Part shown: positions 49,119 through 61,469 of the stretch, piece after piece
How the letters are laid out: every line of letters starts with the position of its first letter
Position numbering within the stretch: position 1 is the stretch's first letter
NCBI RefSeq assembly: GCF_964213995.1
Contig: NW_027590121.1
Location: forward strand, 1,736,001 to 1,800,000
Direction: 5' to 3'
Source of the DNA: Mustelus asterias
Lineage: Eukaryota
Length of the DNA stretch: 64,000 bases
Program-made: the position numbers and the translations under genes
The notes under the pieces: model-generated
The model's input: only the letters and a program-made list of their open reading frames with translations
The model's database searches: none
Told to the model about the DNA's origin: nothing

Positions 49119-50259
49119 TTTATAGTAATAAAATTCATTACAGTAATTATAGTAATTCATTACAGATACCTGGGTCTTGTCAGTAATGTCCACTTTCAAA
49201 TAATTTTTTATTTTTTTTGCAAATCTGTATGAAACCTGCAAGTTCATACATTCATAAGATATAGGAGCAGAATTAGGCCATTCCGCCCCTCAAGTCCGCT
49301 CTGCCATTCAATCCTGGCTGATATGCTCCTCATCCCCATTTTCCTGCCTTCTCCCCATAACCTTTCAACCCATTACCAATTAAAAATCTGTCCAACTCCT
49401 CCTTAAATTACTCACTGCCCAGCATCCACCACACTTTGGGGTAGCAAATTCCACAGATGAAAGGAAAACAAGGAAACAAAACCCATGACCGCTACAATCT
49501 AGGAGGACAAGGACAGTGGACAGATGGGAAAACCACTACCTGTAAGTCCCCCTCCAAACCACTCACCATCTTGACTTGGAAATATGTCACTGTTCCTTCA
49601 CTGTCATTGGATCAAAACCCTGAAATTCCCTCCCTAACAACACTATGGATGTACCTACACCACATGGATTGCAGTGATTCAAGAAGACAGCTCACCACCA
49701 CCTTTTCAAGGGCAATAAATGCTAGTCTCGCCAACGACTAGAATCCATTGAATGATTTTAAAAATGACTTGGAATATCCATGAGAAAACAATCCTGACAG
49801 TTACTCAAATAAATACTTCACTCAGTCACACCAGCTTCCGAGTTTACATTTGACTGGAGTGGTTGGATTTTGCTGTCATTGCTGCTGTTTGTGGAAAACC
49901 TTGGGGCAAACTCCACACAGACAGTGACCCGAGCCGGGAATCAAACCCGGGACCCTGGAGCTGTGAAGCAGCAGTGCTAACCACTGTGCTACCGTAAAAG
50001 ATAAAGGATCTCAAATTTAAGATGAAGAGAGATCTTTTCTCTCAGCGGGTTGTTGATCTTTGGAACTCTGTCTTCACCAGTGAGGATTGGAGGCAGGTCA
50101 TTGAATATATTCAAAGCTGAGGTTTTGATCCACAAGAAAGTCAAGGGTATGGACGGGGTGGGGGTAGCAAAGTAGACATGATCTTATTGAATGATGCAGC
50201 AGGCTCGATGGGCCGAATGACGGGCTCCTGTTCCGAATTCTTATTCTGATGTTCTTGGG

Positions 50260-50720
50260 TAGCTGCGCATGCGCCCTGCTGCCTATTGACCCTCTGAAGA
50301 TCGAGGTTCTGAACCAGCCCCTGAAACCACGCCCATTGTGACCCGCCACCGACAGCAGCGCGTGCGCCCTCCGTCCCCGCTGAAACAAGATGGCGGCCGA
50401 TAACCGGTGCCTGTTCCCGGGATAAAAGCCTGGCAGCTGCAAACCCGGGATCTGCAGGGACTTATTCAGGCCGTGCGGCCTACAACGGATGTTTGGAAGC
50501 CATAGCTCCCTCCCTACCCGACTCCCGGCTCCATTTCTCCCACAGCCCAACCGACTCACCCGCAGAAAAATGTTCCAACTCCCACACTCGGAAGACTCCG
50601 AGCAAAGCGACAGTGCGCACGCTCCAGATATAGCATTGCGCCTGCGCAATAGGCTCCTGTGGAATGAATAGGACACTTTCACACCCGCAGGGGCACCTGG
50701 GAATTAACGGCGTCATTGTC
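50260..50720. promoter_or_regulatory. CpG promoter/first exon, probably of the 46.9-48.1 kb ZNF
   Basis: NRF1- and YY1-type motifs; the minus-strand donor GGTGAGT at about 50554-50560 faces the acceptor at about 48196. Confidence 0.55.
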
Positions 50721-52169
50721 AAAGACGATAATAGAAAATTATCTTGTGCAATTAAGATAAATTAATTTTTAAAAATGCATTCCTCGGAATTTGTGCGCTG
50801 CCATTCTCTATTTCTAAAATTGATTTAAACCAGTGCTCTCCTGTGGGAATACTCCGAGTTTTAAAAACTTTTCCCACTGGTTTCCCTCTCTCTCTGCTCC
50901 CCTGAAGGTGCTCACACTGGTTGGATAAATCCCACAGAGACTGGTTTCTTTCACTTTCTTTCTCCTGATGCTGAATATTCTGTTTTATGGAATGATACAT
51001 CACAGATGGAAACCATTTGGCTCAAACGACTTATGATAGTGTCAATGGAGAGGAACTGTTTCCCAGAAGCAGGAGGGTCTGTCGATGGAGAGAATCTATT
51101 TCTCAGGTGCAGGAAGGTCTGTCGATGGGGAGAATCTATTTCCCAGATATTGGAGGGTCTGTCAATAGGAAGAAACTGTTTCCCAGGTGCAGGAGGGTCT
51201 CTAAGCAGAGGACGCACGGATTTAACATAATTGACAACATTACTGGAGGGGGTGATGAGGATAAGTTTTTACACAATTTGATTTAATCTGGAATGCAAAC
51301 TGACAGGTGCTAGAATCAGGTTTGATAGTAAATTTCAAAGGGAATTGGATAAATACCTGCAGAGGGTAAATTGACAGAGTTATGGTGAATGGGATTAATT
51401 GGACAATTCATTCATCTTTGTGACATTCTGAATGTTTCTCTCCTGAGGTGTTAACATTTGATCTTTTCAATCACAATGTGTCTCAAACAGAAGAGCAAAA
51501 CATTGGGTTTGATGAGCTGTCAGGTCTGTTTCCCATGTGACTGTGTAACTTAAGAATTGCAGATAACCATGAGAAGGAACTGAATATTTTCAGTTCCTCG
51601 AACAGATAAAGCGCAGATATCAGAAATCTCTGGAGTTCCCCATGTCCTCATTATTCTCCCCTTGAGTATAACAGCTCTCAGTCAAGCAGAATCAGTAACA
51701 CATGCCTCTGCCATGATGTCTGCATTCCTATTTTACCACTCACCTCCCAGTGACACTCGGCATAACACAGAAACCTCAAAATATCATTGCTCCCTTACAC
51801 CTTGTCCTCCTATTACAATCAAATGTTTGTTGAGCCTCTTGTCTCTCTTAATGTCAGATTACCTGCAGGCAAAATGACCTCAGACATTGGAACCGATCTT
51901 TGTGATTATTATTATTACACCAGATTCCAATCAGCCCCAGGAGCTGCAGTTGTAAAATACAGCAAAATTGAAATAACAGGCAGGTTATTGTCAAATAGTT
52001 AGTGGCAGAGTGACACATAACAGAATTGGAATCTATTATATCAATAGACCATGACTCACTCGCTATCAAATGAGACCCAAACTTTGGTTATGGTGCACTA
52101 GATACTGAGTGTATTATCATTACATTGGACCCCTGGACCGAGAATACCTGATGCTAAAATGCCACCCCT

Positions 52170-53835
52170 ATTGCCTTCCATGGGAGTTCACCTCTTAGCC
52201 TGACAGCAGTTTACTTCCCACCCCATGCAGACGTGAAGACCACGCTGGACGAAATATACACTACCACAAATAGTCTTGAGACGAAACCTCCTGAGGCCTT
52301 GTTCATCTTAGCTGAAACTTCAATCAGACCAAGCTCAAGGGCGTTCTACTAAGATACCAGCAACACATCTCCCGTTCCATCAGAGGCCCAAACATCCTAG
52401 ACCACTGCTATACAAATATCAAACATGCCTACCACTCTATCGCCAGCCCACATCTTGGCAAATCACGGCTGTGCTCTCCTGCTTAAAAGCAAAATCTGAA
52501 ATAGAAGAATCTGTCAAAGAACGTCGTGCAATGCTGGTCTGAGGAATCGGATGATCTCCTACTGGACTGCTTAGCGCCAATAGACTGAATAGTATTTAAA
52601 AACTGTGACCAGCCTGAATGAGTACACCACTACAATAACTGACTCATTAGTAAGCGTGTAGAAGACTGTGTGCCAAAGAAGCAAATCCACATGTTTCCCA
52701 ACTGGAAACCATGGATGAACAGGGAGAGCCACTGTCTGCTGAAGTCCAGATCTGAGGCGTTCATGTCAGGCGACTCTGACCTATACAAGACAGTAAGAAG
52801 TCTCACAACAGCAGGTTAAAGTGCAACAGGTTTATTTGGTAGCACAAGCTTTTGGAGTGTCACTCCTTCAGATGAAGAAAGAGTGACACTCCGAAAGCTT
52901 GTGCTACCAATTCAACCTGTTGCACTTTAACTTGGTGTTGTGAGACTCCTTACCGTGCCTACTCCAGTCCAACGCCAGCATCTCCACATCATCAATATAA
53001 GATAGCCAGGTATGATCCATCAAAGATGCCAAAAGACAGTACCGGACCAAGCTAGAGTCCCACATGGACTCCTGCCGACTATGGCATGGTCTGCAAGGCA
53101 TAAAAGGCTATGAGTTGATCGCAGGCAAAATTACCAGCTCCAATGCACCCCTCCCCACTGAAGTCAACACATTCTATGCCCGTTATGAGCAAGAGGTCAG
53201 TGAGAGCACGCCCCCCATCCCAGAAGCTTCCGATGAACATGTATCCGAGGTCACCAGTGCAGACATCAGAGCAGCCTTCTCAAAAGTCAACCCATGGAAA
53301 GCAACTGGCCCAGACAGGGTACCCGGATGAGCACTCAGGTCCTGCGCAGACCAGCTGGCAAGGGTATTCACAGACATCTTCAACCTCTCTTTCCAACAAT
53401 CTAATGCCCCTACCTGCTACCTGTACAGGAGTGAGATAGAGAATCTGGTGAACTGGTGTGGCAACAATAATCTCTACCTCAATGTCAACAAAACAAAGGA
53501 GATTGTCATTGACTTCAGGAAGCGTAAAGGAGAACATGCCCCTGTCTACATCAATGGGGACGAAATAGAAAGGGTCAAGAGCTTCAAGCTTTTAGGTGTC
53601 CAGATCACCAACAACCTGTCCTGGTCCCCCCATGCTGACATTATAGTTAAGAAAGCCCACCAATGCCTCTACTTTCTCAGAAGACTAAAGAAATTTGGCA
53701 TGTCAGCTACGACTCTCACCAACTTTTACAGATGCACCATAGAAAGCATTCTTTCTGATTGTATCATGGCTTGGTATGACTCCTGCTCTGCCCAAGACCG
53801 CAAGGAACTACAAAAGGTTGTGAATGTAGCCAAAG
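52170..53835 (+). mobile_element. Rex1/Babar-type LINE remnant, internally deleted and interrupted by a palindromic Penelope piece (about 52790-52992)
   Basis: WC..NNL.LNVNKTKEIVIDFRK...FYRCTIESIL...WY is characteristic of the Rex1 RT C-terminus. Confidence 0.85.
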
Positions 53836-54499
53836 AAAAACCAGGCAGCGTGCCTTAATGACTATCATCCTGTGGCTCTGACAAAGCAACTTTTTGTGAT
53901 TCATGCACAAGGACATCCAGGTTCCTCTGCACAGCAGAATGCTGCAATTCTTTACCATTTCAATAATAGTCCATTTTGCTGTTATTCCTACCAAAATGGA
54001 TGACCTCACATTTACCAACATTGTACTCGATTTCTGTTGGCAAAATAGGTTGCATGCTTACTTTTTAATTATGCAATGTTCAGAGCACTAAATTTGACAC
54101 ACAGAATCATAGAATCCCTACAGTGCAGAAGGAGGCCATTCGGCCCATCAAGCCTGCACCGACAACAATCCCACCCAGGCCCTATCCCAATAACCTTATG
54201 CCCTGACACAAAAGGGGCAATTTACCATGGCCAATCCACCTAACCTGCACATCTCTCAACTGTGGGAAGAAACCCACGCAGACACAGGGAGAATGTGCAA
54301 ACTCCACACAGTAACCTGAGGCTGGAATTGAACCCAGGTCCCTGGCGCTGTGAGGCAGCAGTGCTGACCACATGCGACCAATAACCAAGGACATGGCAGA
54401 CATGACCAGTGTGTGAATTGCTGATGAATGGTCTTGTCCCTGTTGTTCCAATCTGTGTCCACAAAGGGACAATCCAATGGCAGAGCCATTGCCCAGCAT

Positions 54500-54850
54500 T
54501 CACTGCGGGAGCTGCTGCGCATGCGCAATGTCAGGCTGTGATTGGAGCATGCGCAATGCAGGTGCTGCAGCTTGACGGAAGCGTGAGGAGCTCGTGTGGC
54601 TTTTGCAACGGGTGAAATAAAACACCGAGTGTGGATGGGGAACAGAGCCGGTGGGTGGAGAGATTTCATTAACACCGGACTCGGCTCGCAAAGTTCGAGT
54701 AAAAATCTAACGGTCCCCCATTTGGACCGAGAGGATTGTTCGGTAGTTCTCTCGGTGTGGGGCCTGGCTCGCCGATCGCCATCTTTATAAGGGGCAATGT
54801 TCCGGTAAGGACGCTGCCATCTTTATAGGGGGCAATACCAGTCGCAGGAG
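54500..54850. promoter_or_regulatory. CpG promoter upstream of the 55.8-kb ZNF
   Basis: TGCGCATGCGCA, ATTGG, CGGAAG and two GCCATCTT (YY1-type) motifs. Confidence 0.55.
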
Positions 54851-55821
54851 AGAACTTTATGCATTTCTATGTTAAAAGCAAAATACTGAGGGTGCTAGAA
54901 ATCTGAAATAAAAACCGAAAATGGTGGATTGCTACCCTGGGCTGACAGTAATGCATTTACAGGATACGCAAAAGAGAGAATTCACAATTCAAAACATTGC
55001 ATCTAGATTCAGTCGATTCATCAAGATCATTGACCTTTGAATGTGTAAAGAAGCTGTTCTGTCTGTGGGAAATGATTTCAGCTATCAATGCGTCTGGTAT
55101 TTGAAAATAAGAATGATAATTTCAAAATCAAGATTCCGCTTGACTGGAAATCATGGCAAAGTACTGCAGATGCTGAAATCTGACGAAGGGTCATCCTGAC
55201 TCGAAAAGTTGGCTCTATTCTCTGTCCACAGATGCTGTCAGATCTGCTGAGAGTTTCCAGCATTTTCTGCTTTTGTTGTGACTGGGAATCAATGTGGGTG
55301 AGCAGGCACTGAGGTCTTGGGGCTAACTGGACTTGCTGTCATAGAGTCACACAGCACAGAAAGAGATCCTTCAGCCCATAAGTGAACAAGTGAGGAAAAA
55401 ATGTTCCACAGAATCAGAATTGTCTATTCAGAATTTCTGTCCTGTACTTCCGAGGATTAATTTTATAAACTCCTCTTACAGGCTATGAGAAAGGGAGGAA
55501 TTCCAAACAAGAACATCAAACCAAACATGACATCCAACATCTACTCACTTGATTCATCAGCACTTGAATATTGTGGACCTTTGAATGTGGAATGAGAAAT
55601 GTTTCTTTGTTCTGTCTGAGGATTTCAAACTGGAAGTTTTGAAACAATTGACTGGAAAAGCACTGAGTGAGAGTGTTCCAGTGAACTGACTGTGGAAAGA
55701 GCTTTAACCAGTTATACAGCCTGATAAAACATCACAGCATTCACAGCAAGGAGAAACTGTACAGTTTGGACAAGGTTTCAACTGATTGTCCAATCTGGAG
55801 AGTCACAAGGACACTGGCATC

Positions 55822-56493
55822 ATGGAGAAACTGTGGAAATGTGGGGACTGTGGGAAGGGCTTCAATTACCCAAAGCTGAGAAAACGTTATCATTGTCACA
55901 CTGATGAGCCACCATTCACCTGCTCTGTCTGTGGGAAGCAATTCACTCAGTCATCCCACCTCACTGACCATCAACTTGTACACAGTGATCAGAGACCTTT
56001 TAAATGCTCTGATTGTGTGAAGACGTTTAAAAGCAAGAAGCATCTGGTAGCACATCAGCTTGTTCACACTGGGGAGAGGCCGTTCCTCTGCTCTGTGTGT
56101 GGGAAGAGATTCAATCGGTCATCCCACCTTCTGACACATCAGCAAGTTCACACTGGGGAGAGACCATTCCTCTGCTCTGTATGTGGTAAAGGATTCATTC
56201 AGTCATCCCAACTTCTGAGACATCAGCGAGTTCACACTGGGGAGAGGCCATTCACCTGCTCTGAGTGTGGGAAGGGATTCAGTCAGTTGTCCGACCTTCT
56301 GGTACACCAACGAGTTCACACTGGGGAGAGGCCATTCACCTGTTCTGTGTGTCGGAACAGCTTTGCTCAGTCATCTACTCTTCAGAGACACCAACGAGTT
56401 CATACTGGAGAGAGGCCATTCACCTGCTCTGAGTGTGGGAAGGGATTCATTCAGTTATCCGACCTTCTGAGACACCAGCAAGTTCACAAATGA
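55822..56493 (+). CDS. C2H2 zinc-finger protein, 223 aa, 7 intact fingers plus 1 degenerate
   Basis: Open frame from ATG 55822; predicted acceptor (ctcttacag) at about 55481. Confidence 0.82.
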   Translation: MEKLWKCGDCGKGFNYPKLRKRYHCHTDEPPFTCSVCGKQFTQSSHLTDHQLVHSDQRPFKCSDCVKTFKSKKHLVAHQLVHTGERPFLCSVCGKRFNRSSHLLTHQQVHTGERPFLCSVCGKGFIQSSQLLRHQRVHTGERPFTCSECGKGFSQLSDLLVHQRVHTGERPFTCSVCRNSFAQSSTLQRHQRVHTGERPFTCSECGKGFIQLSDLLRHQQVHK

Positions 56494-57014
56494 TTGTAGG
56501 ATTTGGAGTTTGTCATTGCTGCTTTTAGAGACATCCAGGACTGAACATGTGGCTGTGTAACCTGAGGTGTGTAAGAAATGTGTCCCAGCCACGCTCTTCC
56601 ATGGTTCAGTGGTCCTGGAGGCAGAACAGAAACTCCTTTACAACTGGGTTTAGAGTCAGGAAGAACAATGGTGAATATTGGAAATGTGATGTGAAGTCAG
56701 AGATTGGTGTTAAATTGGGATCTGTTCCTGACTGAGACTCTGAGAATAAATAGAAATGTGGAATGAACATTTAAAATGTTTGTGATATTCCTGATCTATC
56801 ATTATCAGACAATAACAACACTCTACATTTATATTGTCTCTTTAACAGAGTAAATGTGAAAACTGACACTGTTTTCAGATGATGTCACTGATGGGAATAT
56901 GTTGATAAGAAATGAGAGGCCAAGCCTCTGGAGACACCAGAGGTAAGTGTGGGAATGGGAAGGGAAGATATTATAAGTGATTCTCTGACTCTGATTGAAG
57001 AGAGAAGAATAGGT

Positions 57015-57310
57015 TTAAAGTTTAATATTTCTTTATTAGTTTCACAAGTAGGCTTACATTAACATTGCGATGAAGTTACTATGAAAATCCCCCAGTCGCC
57101 ACATTCCTGCGCCTGTTTGGGTACACTGAGGGAGAATTTGGCATGGTCAATGCTAACCAGTACATCTTTTGGACTGTGGAGGAAACCAGAACATCCGGAG
57201 GAAACCCACACAGACAAGAATGTGCCGACTCTGCACAGACAGTGACCCAGAATCGAACCCGAGTCCCTGGTGCTTGAGACGGCAGTGCTAACCACTGTAC
57301 CACCGTGCCG
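57015..57310 (-). mobile_element. tRNA-derived SINE
   Basis: Family match. Confidence 0.8.
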
Positions 57311-57319
57311 TCCATGTAG

Positions 57320-57575
57320 AACCAGGAGAGAGTAGCCCCACCCAGCTGGACGACAGTGGAGAGGGATGGAGCAGAATGATGTGGGCGACCTTGCCAAAGG
57401 CTGCAAATAGGTCGAGGATAAAAAGGGAAAGTTCATTTTTGTTGCAATCACATAGGATGTCAGTGCGGACTTTGATAAGAGCTGTTTCAGTAATGTGACA
57501 AGGCAGAAACCTGATTGGAGAATTCAAAAATGTAGTTCTGGGAAAGATGGCCTTGGGTTTTGGGAGAAGACAAAA
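57320..57575 (-). mobile_element. L2-type LINE RT fragment
   Basis: ETALIKV..DIL......LDL.AAF..V.H.ILL motif. Confidence 0.7.
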
Positions 57576-57584
57576 CATTCAGAA

Positions 57585-57840
57585 TGAATGAGGGGGCGGG
57601 GCTGGAGGACCGAGCGAGAGCCGCTGGTCCTCCAACCAATCGGAGTGAATGAGGGGGCGGGGCTGGAGGACCGAGCGAGAGCGGCTGGTCCTCCAACCAA
57701 TCGGAGTGATTGAGGGGCGGGGCTGGAGGACCGAGCGAGAGCGGCTGGTCCTCCAACCAATCGGAGTGAATGAGGGGCGGGGCTGGAGGACCGAGCGAGA
57801 GCGGCTGGTCCTCCAACCAATCGGAGTGAATGAGGGGCGC
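57585..57840 (+). repeat. 60-bp tandem repeat x4, each with a GC box and a CCAAT box
   Basis: Unit GAATGAGGGGCGGGGCTGGAGGACCGAGCGAGAGCGGCTGGTCCTCCAACCAATCGGAGT. Confidence 0.92.
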
Positions 57841-59899
57841 GGCTGAGGGCGAGTTGCACTGTGGTAATCTGGAGCATGCGCAGTGCCGATCACTGGGGAT
57901 TGAGGCGGTTGAGGAAATATTCAGTCCGGGCGATAACACCGGGTAAATCAGGAATGAGTGATGGAGCCGGTGGGTGGGCGGACTTGGAGGCTTCATAAAA
58001 GTCCCGTGTAGGCCGCAAGCCCCCAATGGGAAGCTCGGATTCGATATTTGAACCGTTGAAAAGTTGTTCGGGCTTTTCCCCCGATTCAGGCCCGGGTGAA
58101 CGACCGCCATCTTGACAGTGTGCGGCCGAGCGCACGCGCAGACAGAGGGAGCTCCAGGCTCAGCTCCCCCCCCCCCCCCCAATCAGTCTGACTGGTTGGA
58201 GGACCAGCCGTTCCCGCTCGGTCCTCCAGTCCCGGCCCCCCCTCCTATTGGTCCGGAGCTGCCGTCAATCAGCTCCCGGGCATTGTGATGTGGAGCATGC
58301 GCAGTGTCATTGCTGTCCTTGGCGCTTGTTTGTCCCAGAGAAGCGGAGTCAGCGTTAGGCGGTGGCTGGGAGGGTTTGGAAACACTTTGTGGATCCGCAA
58401 ACCCTTCAGAATCATTGTCAGCTCCCTGGTTTGCAGCTGCGGGGCTTCTCCCTCCCTCCCGGGAACAGGCCCAGGTTAACGGCCCCATCCTGGCTCAGCC
58501 ACTGGAGGATGGTTCACATCAGAGGATGGGGGAGGGGGACAATAAATAAGAGGTTACACTTTGGCCTCAAATCAATGAGGACTCTGATCTCTGGGAAGGA
58601 AGGAAACCCTGGGAGGTGGGCGGGGAGGATTCACAAACACCCGCTGGAGGCCCCAACACCCCCAGTAAAAAGCTGCAGCTCCCGGGTTTGCAGCTTTTTC
58701 CCGGGAGGGAGTTGGGGAAGTTTTGTGGAGACAATTCCCGGCTGGTTCAGTTAGTGGTTCCTGGAGCTCAGAAACCCTGAGTTAGAATCCTGAACCCCAC
58801 ACTGGGTGGTTGTTTTATTAAATTATTATTCATCTGTTGAAGAAAATATTAATTTGTTTTGAAAAATCATTTTTATAGCGTTTGTGAAAATGTCCATTAA
58901 AATAGCCATTTTTCCAATGTATTTCTGATGAGAATTTTAATATTACTGATTTGGGAATTGATTCTCGGGAATGGTCATTCTGAAAATGATTATGTTTTAA
59001 TTTATTCCATAATGCCAGAAGTCAGTTTGTATTTCAAATGTAATTTAGAATGTCTGGGAGCAAATGTTAAAATGAGGTTTGAGACACCAGCTGCCATTAC
59101 TTCCTGTGACTGATGATACCTTTGTGCCTGTGCAGGAGGTAATTCCCCTGGTGCTGTGGCACAAATAAAATGGAGCCTTTCCTCGGAACAGGTCCGTGTT
59201 AACGGTCACCTTGTTGTTTCAGTGGTGAGCAGGGGAAGTGTGGCCATTGTGGTAACAACAGAGTCGGTGGGACTTCATGTCCCCTGACCTTAAAAGAAAA
59301 TAATTGACTCCTTGGTTGTACAGTCAATCTGCACATGGTCTGGAGAACTGAATCCAGCCAGAGTGACAAGGCAGAGGGAGCTGGTCTCAGAGTGGAGACA
59401 TGAAATGGTGGAGATGGGGCAAGGAGTTTGATTTAGACCAGGGACAAGGGAGAGTGTGTGGGATGGGGATTACAGCTCAAGATAAATGAGATGAAGAAGT
59501 GTTCCATGGAAACTCGAATTGTCTGTTATGAATTCGTTTTTTAAGCTCTTTTTGCAGGGAACTAGAAGAGGATAGGAAACTCAAACTAAACTTTAGGTCA
59601 AGGTCTACAGAACCATTTGATTCATCGTGACCTCAGTATGATTGCTTTTTACAGTGGAGAGAGAAATCATTGCCTGTTTTGTCAGTGGAAGAAAATTTTA
59701 AAAATTCAATGTGGCAGAAAAAGACCCGAGACTCACACCCCCAAGTGAGAGTGTTCCAGTGAACTGACTGAAAAGAGCTTTAACCGGTTACACAGCCTGA
59801 AAAAAATCTCACTATTCACAGTGAGAAGAAACCATAAACGTGGTCCGTATGGGATGAGGCTTCAATTGATCATCCAACCTTGAGAGACACAAAGTCACC

Positions 59900-60735
59900 T
59901 GCACCGTGGAAATGTGAGGATTGTGGTAAAGAATTCAATTATCCATACTTGCTGGAAAACCATAGACACAGTCACACTGGAGAGAGGCCATTCACCTGCT
60001 CCGTGTGTGGGAAAGGATTCACTACCTCATCCCACCTGCTCTTACACCAGCAAATTCACACTGAGGAGAGGCCATACAGCTGCTCCACCTGTGGAAAGGG
60101 GTCCTCATATTCATCCAACCTCGGTGCACATCAGCGAGTTCACACTGGGGAGAGATCGTTCACCTGCTCCTTGTGTGGGAAGGATTTTGCTGGACCATCC
60201 GGTCTTTGGTCACACCAGCGAATTCACACAGGGGAGAAGACATTCACCTGTTCTGTGTGTGGTAGAAATTCACTCTGTCATCTAACCTGCTGTCACACCA
60301 GCGAGTTCACACAGAGGATAGACCGTTCAGCTGCACTTCCTGTGGAAAGAGGTTCAGGTCTTCATCCAACCTCAGTGCACACAAGCGAGTTCACACTGGG
60401 GAAAGGCCGTTCACCTGTTCCATGTGTGGGAGGGAATTCACCAATTCATCCGGCCTCCTGTCACATCAGCGAATTCACACTGAGGAGAAGCCATTTATTT
60501 GCACATACTGTGGAAAGAGTTTCAGGCAGTTATCAATCCTCACTGCACATCAGCACACTCACACTGGGGAGAGACCATTGACTTGCTCCGTGTGTGGGAA
60601 GGGATTCACTCAGTCTGGCAGCCTGCATTTACACGAGCTCACCCACACTGAGGAGAGGCCATTCACTTGCTCTGTGTGTGGGAAGGGATACACTCGGTCA
60701 TCCCACTTGCTGACACATCTGCAAGTTCACAATTG
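59900..60735 (+). pseudogene. C2H2 zinc-finger pseudogene (about 10 fingers), inverted paralog of 14.3-15.2 kb
   Basis: 1-bp deletion frameshift near 60264; the first finger and ATG are deleted relative to the paralog. Confidence 0.85.
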
Positions 60736-61469
60736 TCAGCAGGAGTTAGGTTTTGCAGTTACTGAGTTACTGCTGCTGTTAATCACATTCAGGATTGAAA
60801 TTCTGACAATATTGGTTTGTTTCTGCTGACATTAACAATCCCTACAATTGGAATTCTGCTTTAATATTCTGAGATGTCACTGATTTTCAGGGCTGTTGTG
60901 TCCCCTTTTAAACGTACTATCTGTGATTTTTTTGTTTGTTTTATTCAGGAACTCTTTACAGGAACTTGTTTATAATACATTTTCCTTCAATCTGAAATTG
61001 ACGTTTGGTACAAACGACAATTCAGTGTCTGAAAGATTCCACTGATTAAGATTTCCAATGAGAAAATGCTGACAATTCTTACTGACTTACACATTCTTCA
61101 CAGTGACACTTCCACGATCACATTAAATTGTCAAGGAACATAAAACAATGCACAGATACTTGTTGGTACTGAACTTGAATATTGCTGAAAAGAGAGACAT
61201 GTTGCTGAATCTTTTCAGCATGCACTCATCAGGACAAACGGAAGAATGCCAAATTTTAAATGATTGCAATTTATACTACAGGAGAAAAGGGTGCTAATTG
61301 GTGAACTCTCATTGACTTGAAGCTTTGCCATGGAGAAACCAAGAGGAGATTGTAGGTTTCTCAAGCTTCTGGGAAATTCAAAAAAGGTACAAGGCTTTTG
61401 TTTGCAGGGAAAGGATCGCTGCATATATATATGTATGTCACTTCTCGCAAATGTAACTGAGCCGTATTA

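Noticed and set aside
51040-51205. 39-bp x4 repeat as a functional array
   Set aside because: Appears to be a decayed tandem duplication of a CR1 3' fragment.
61195-61240. Third hammerhead type on the minus strand (CTGATGAG...GAAA)
   Set aside because: Stems I-III are too degenerate in this single copy to call.
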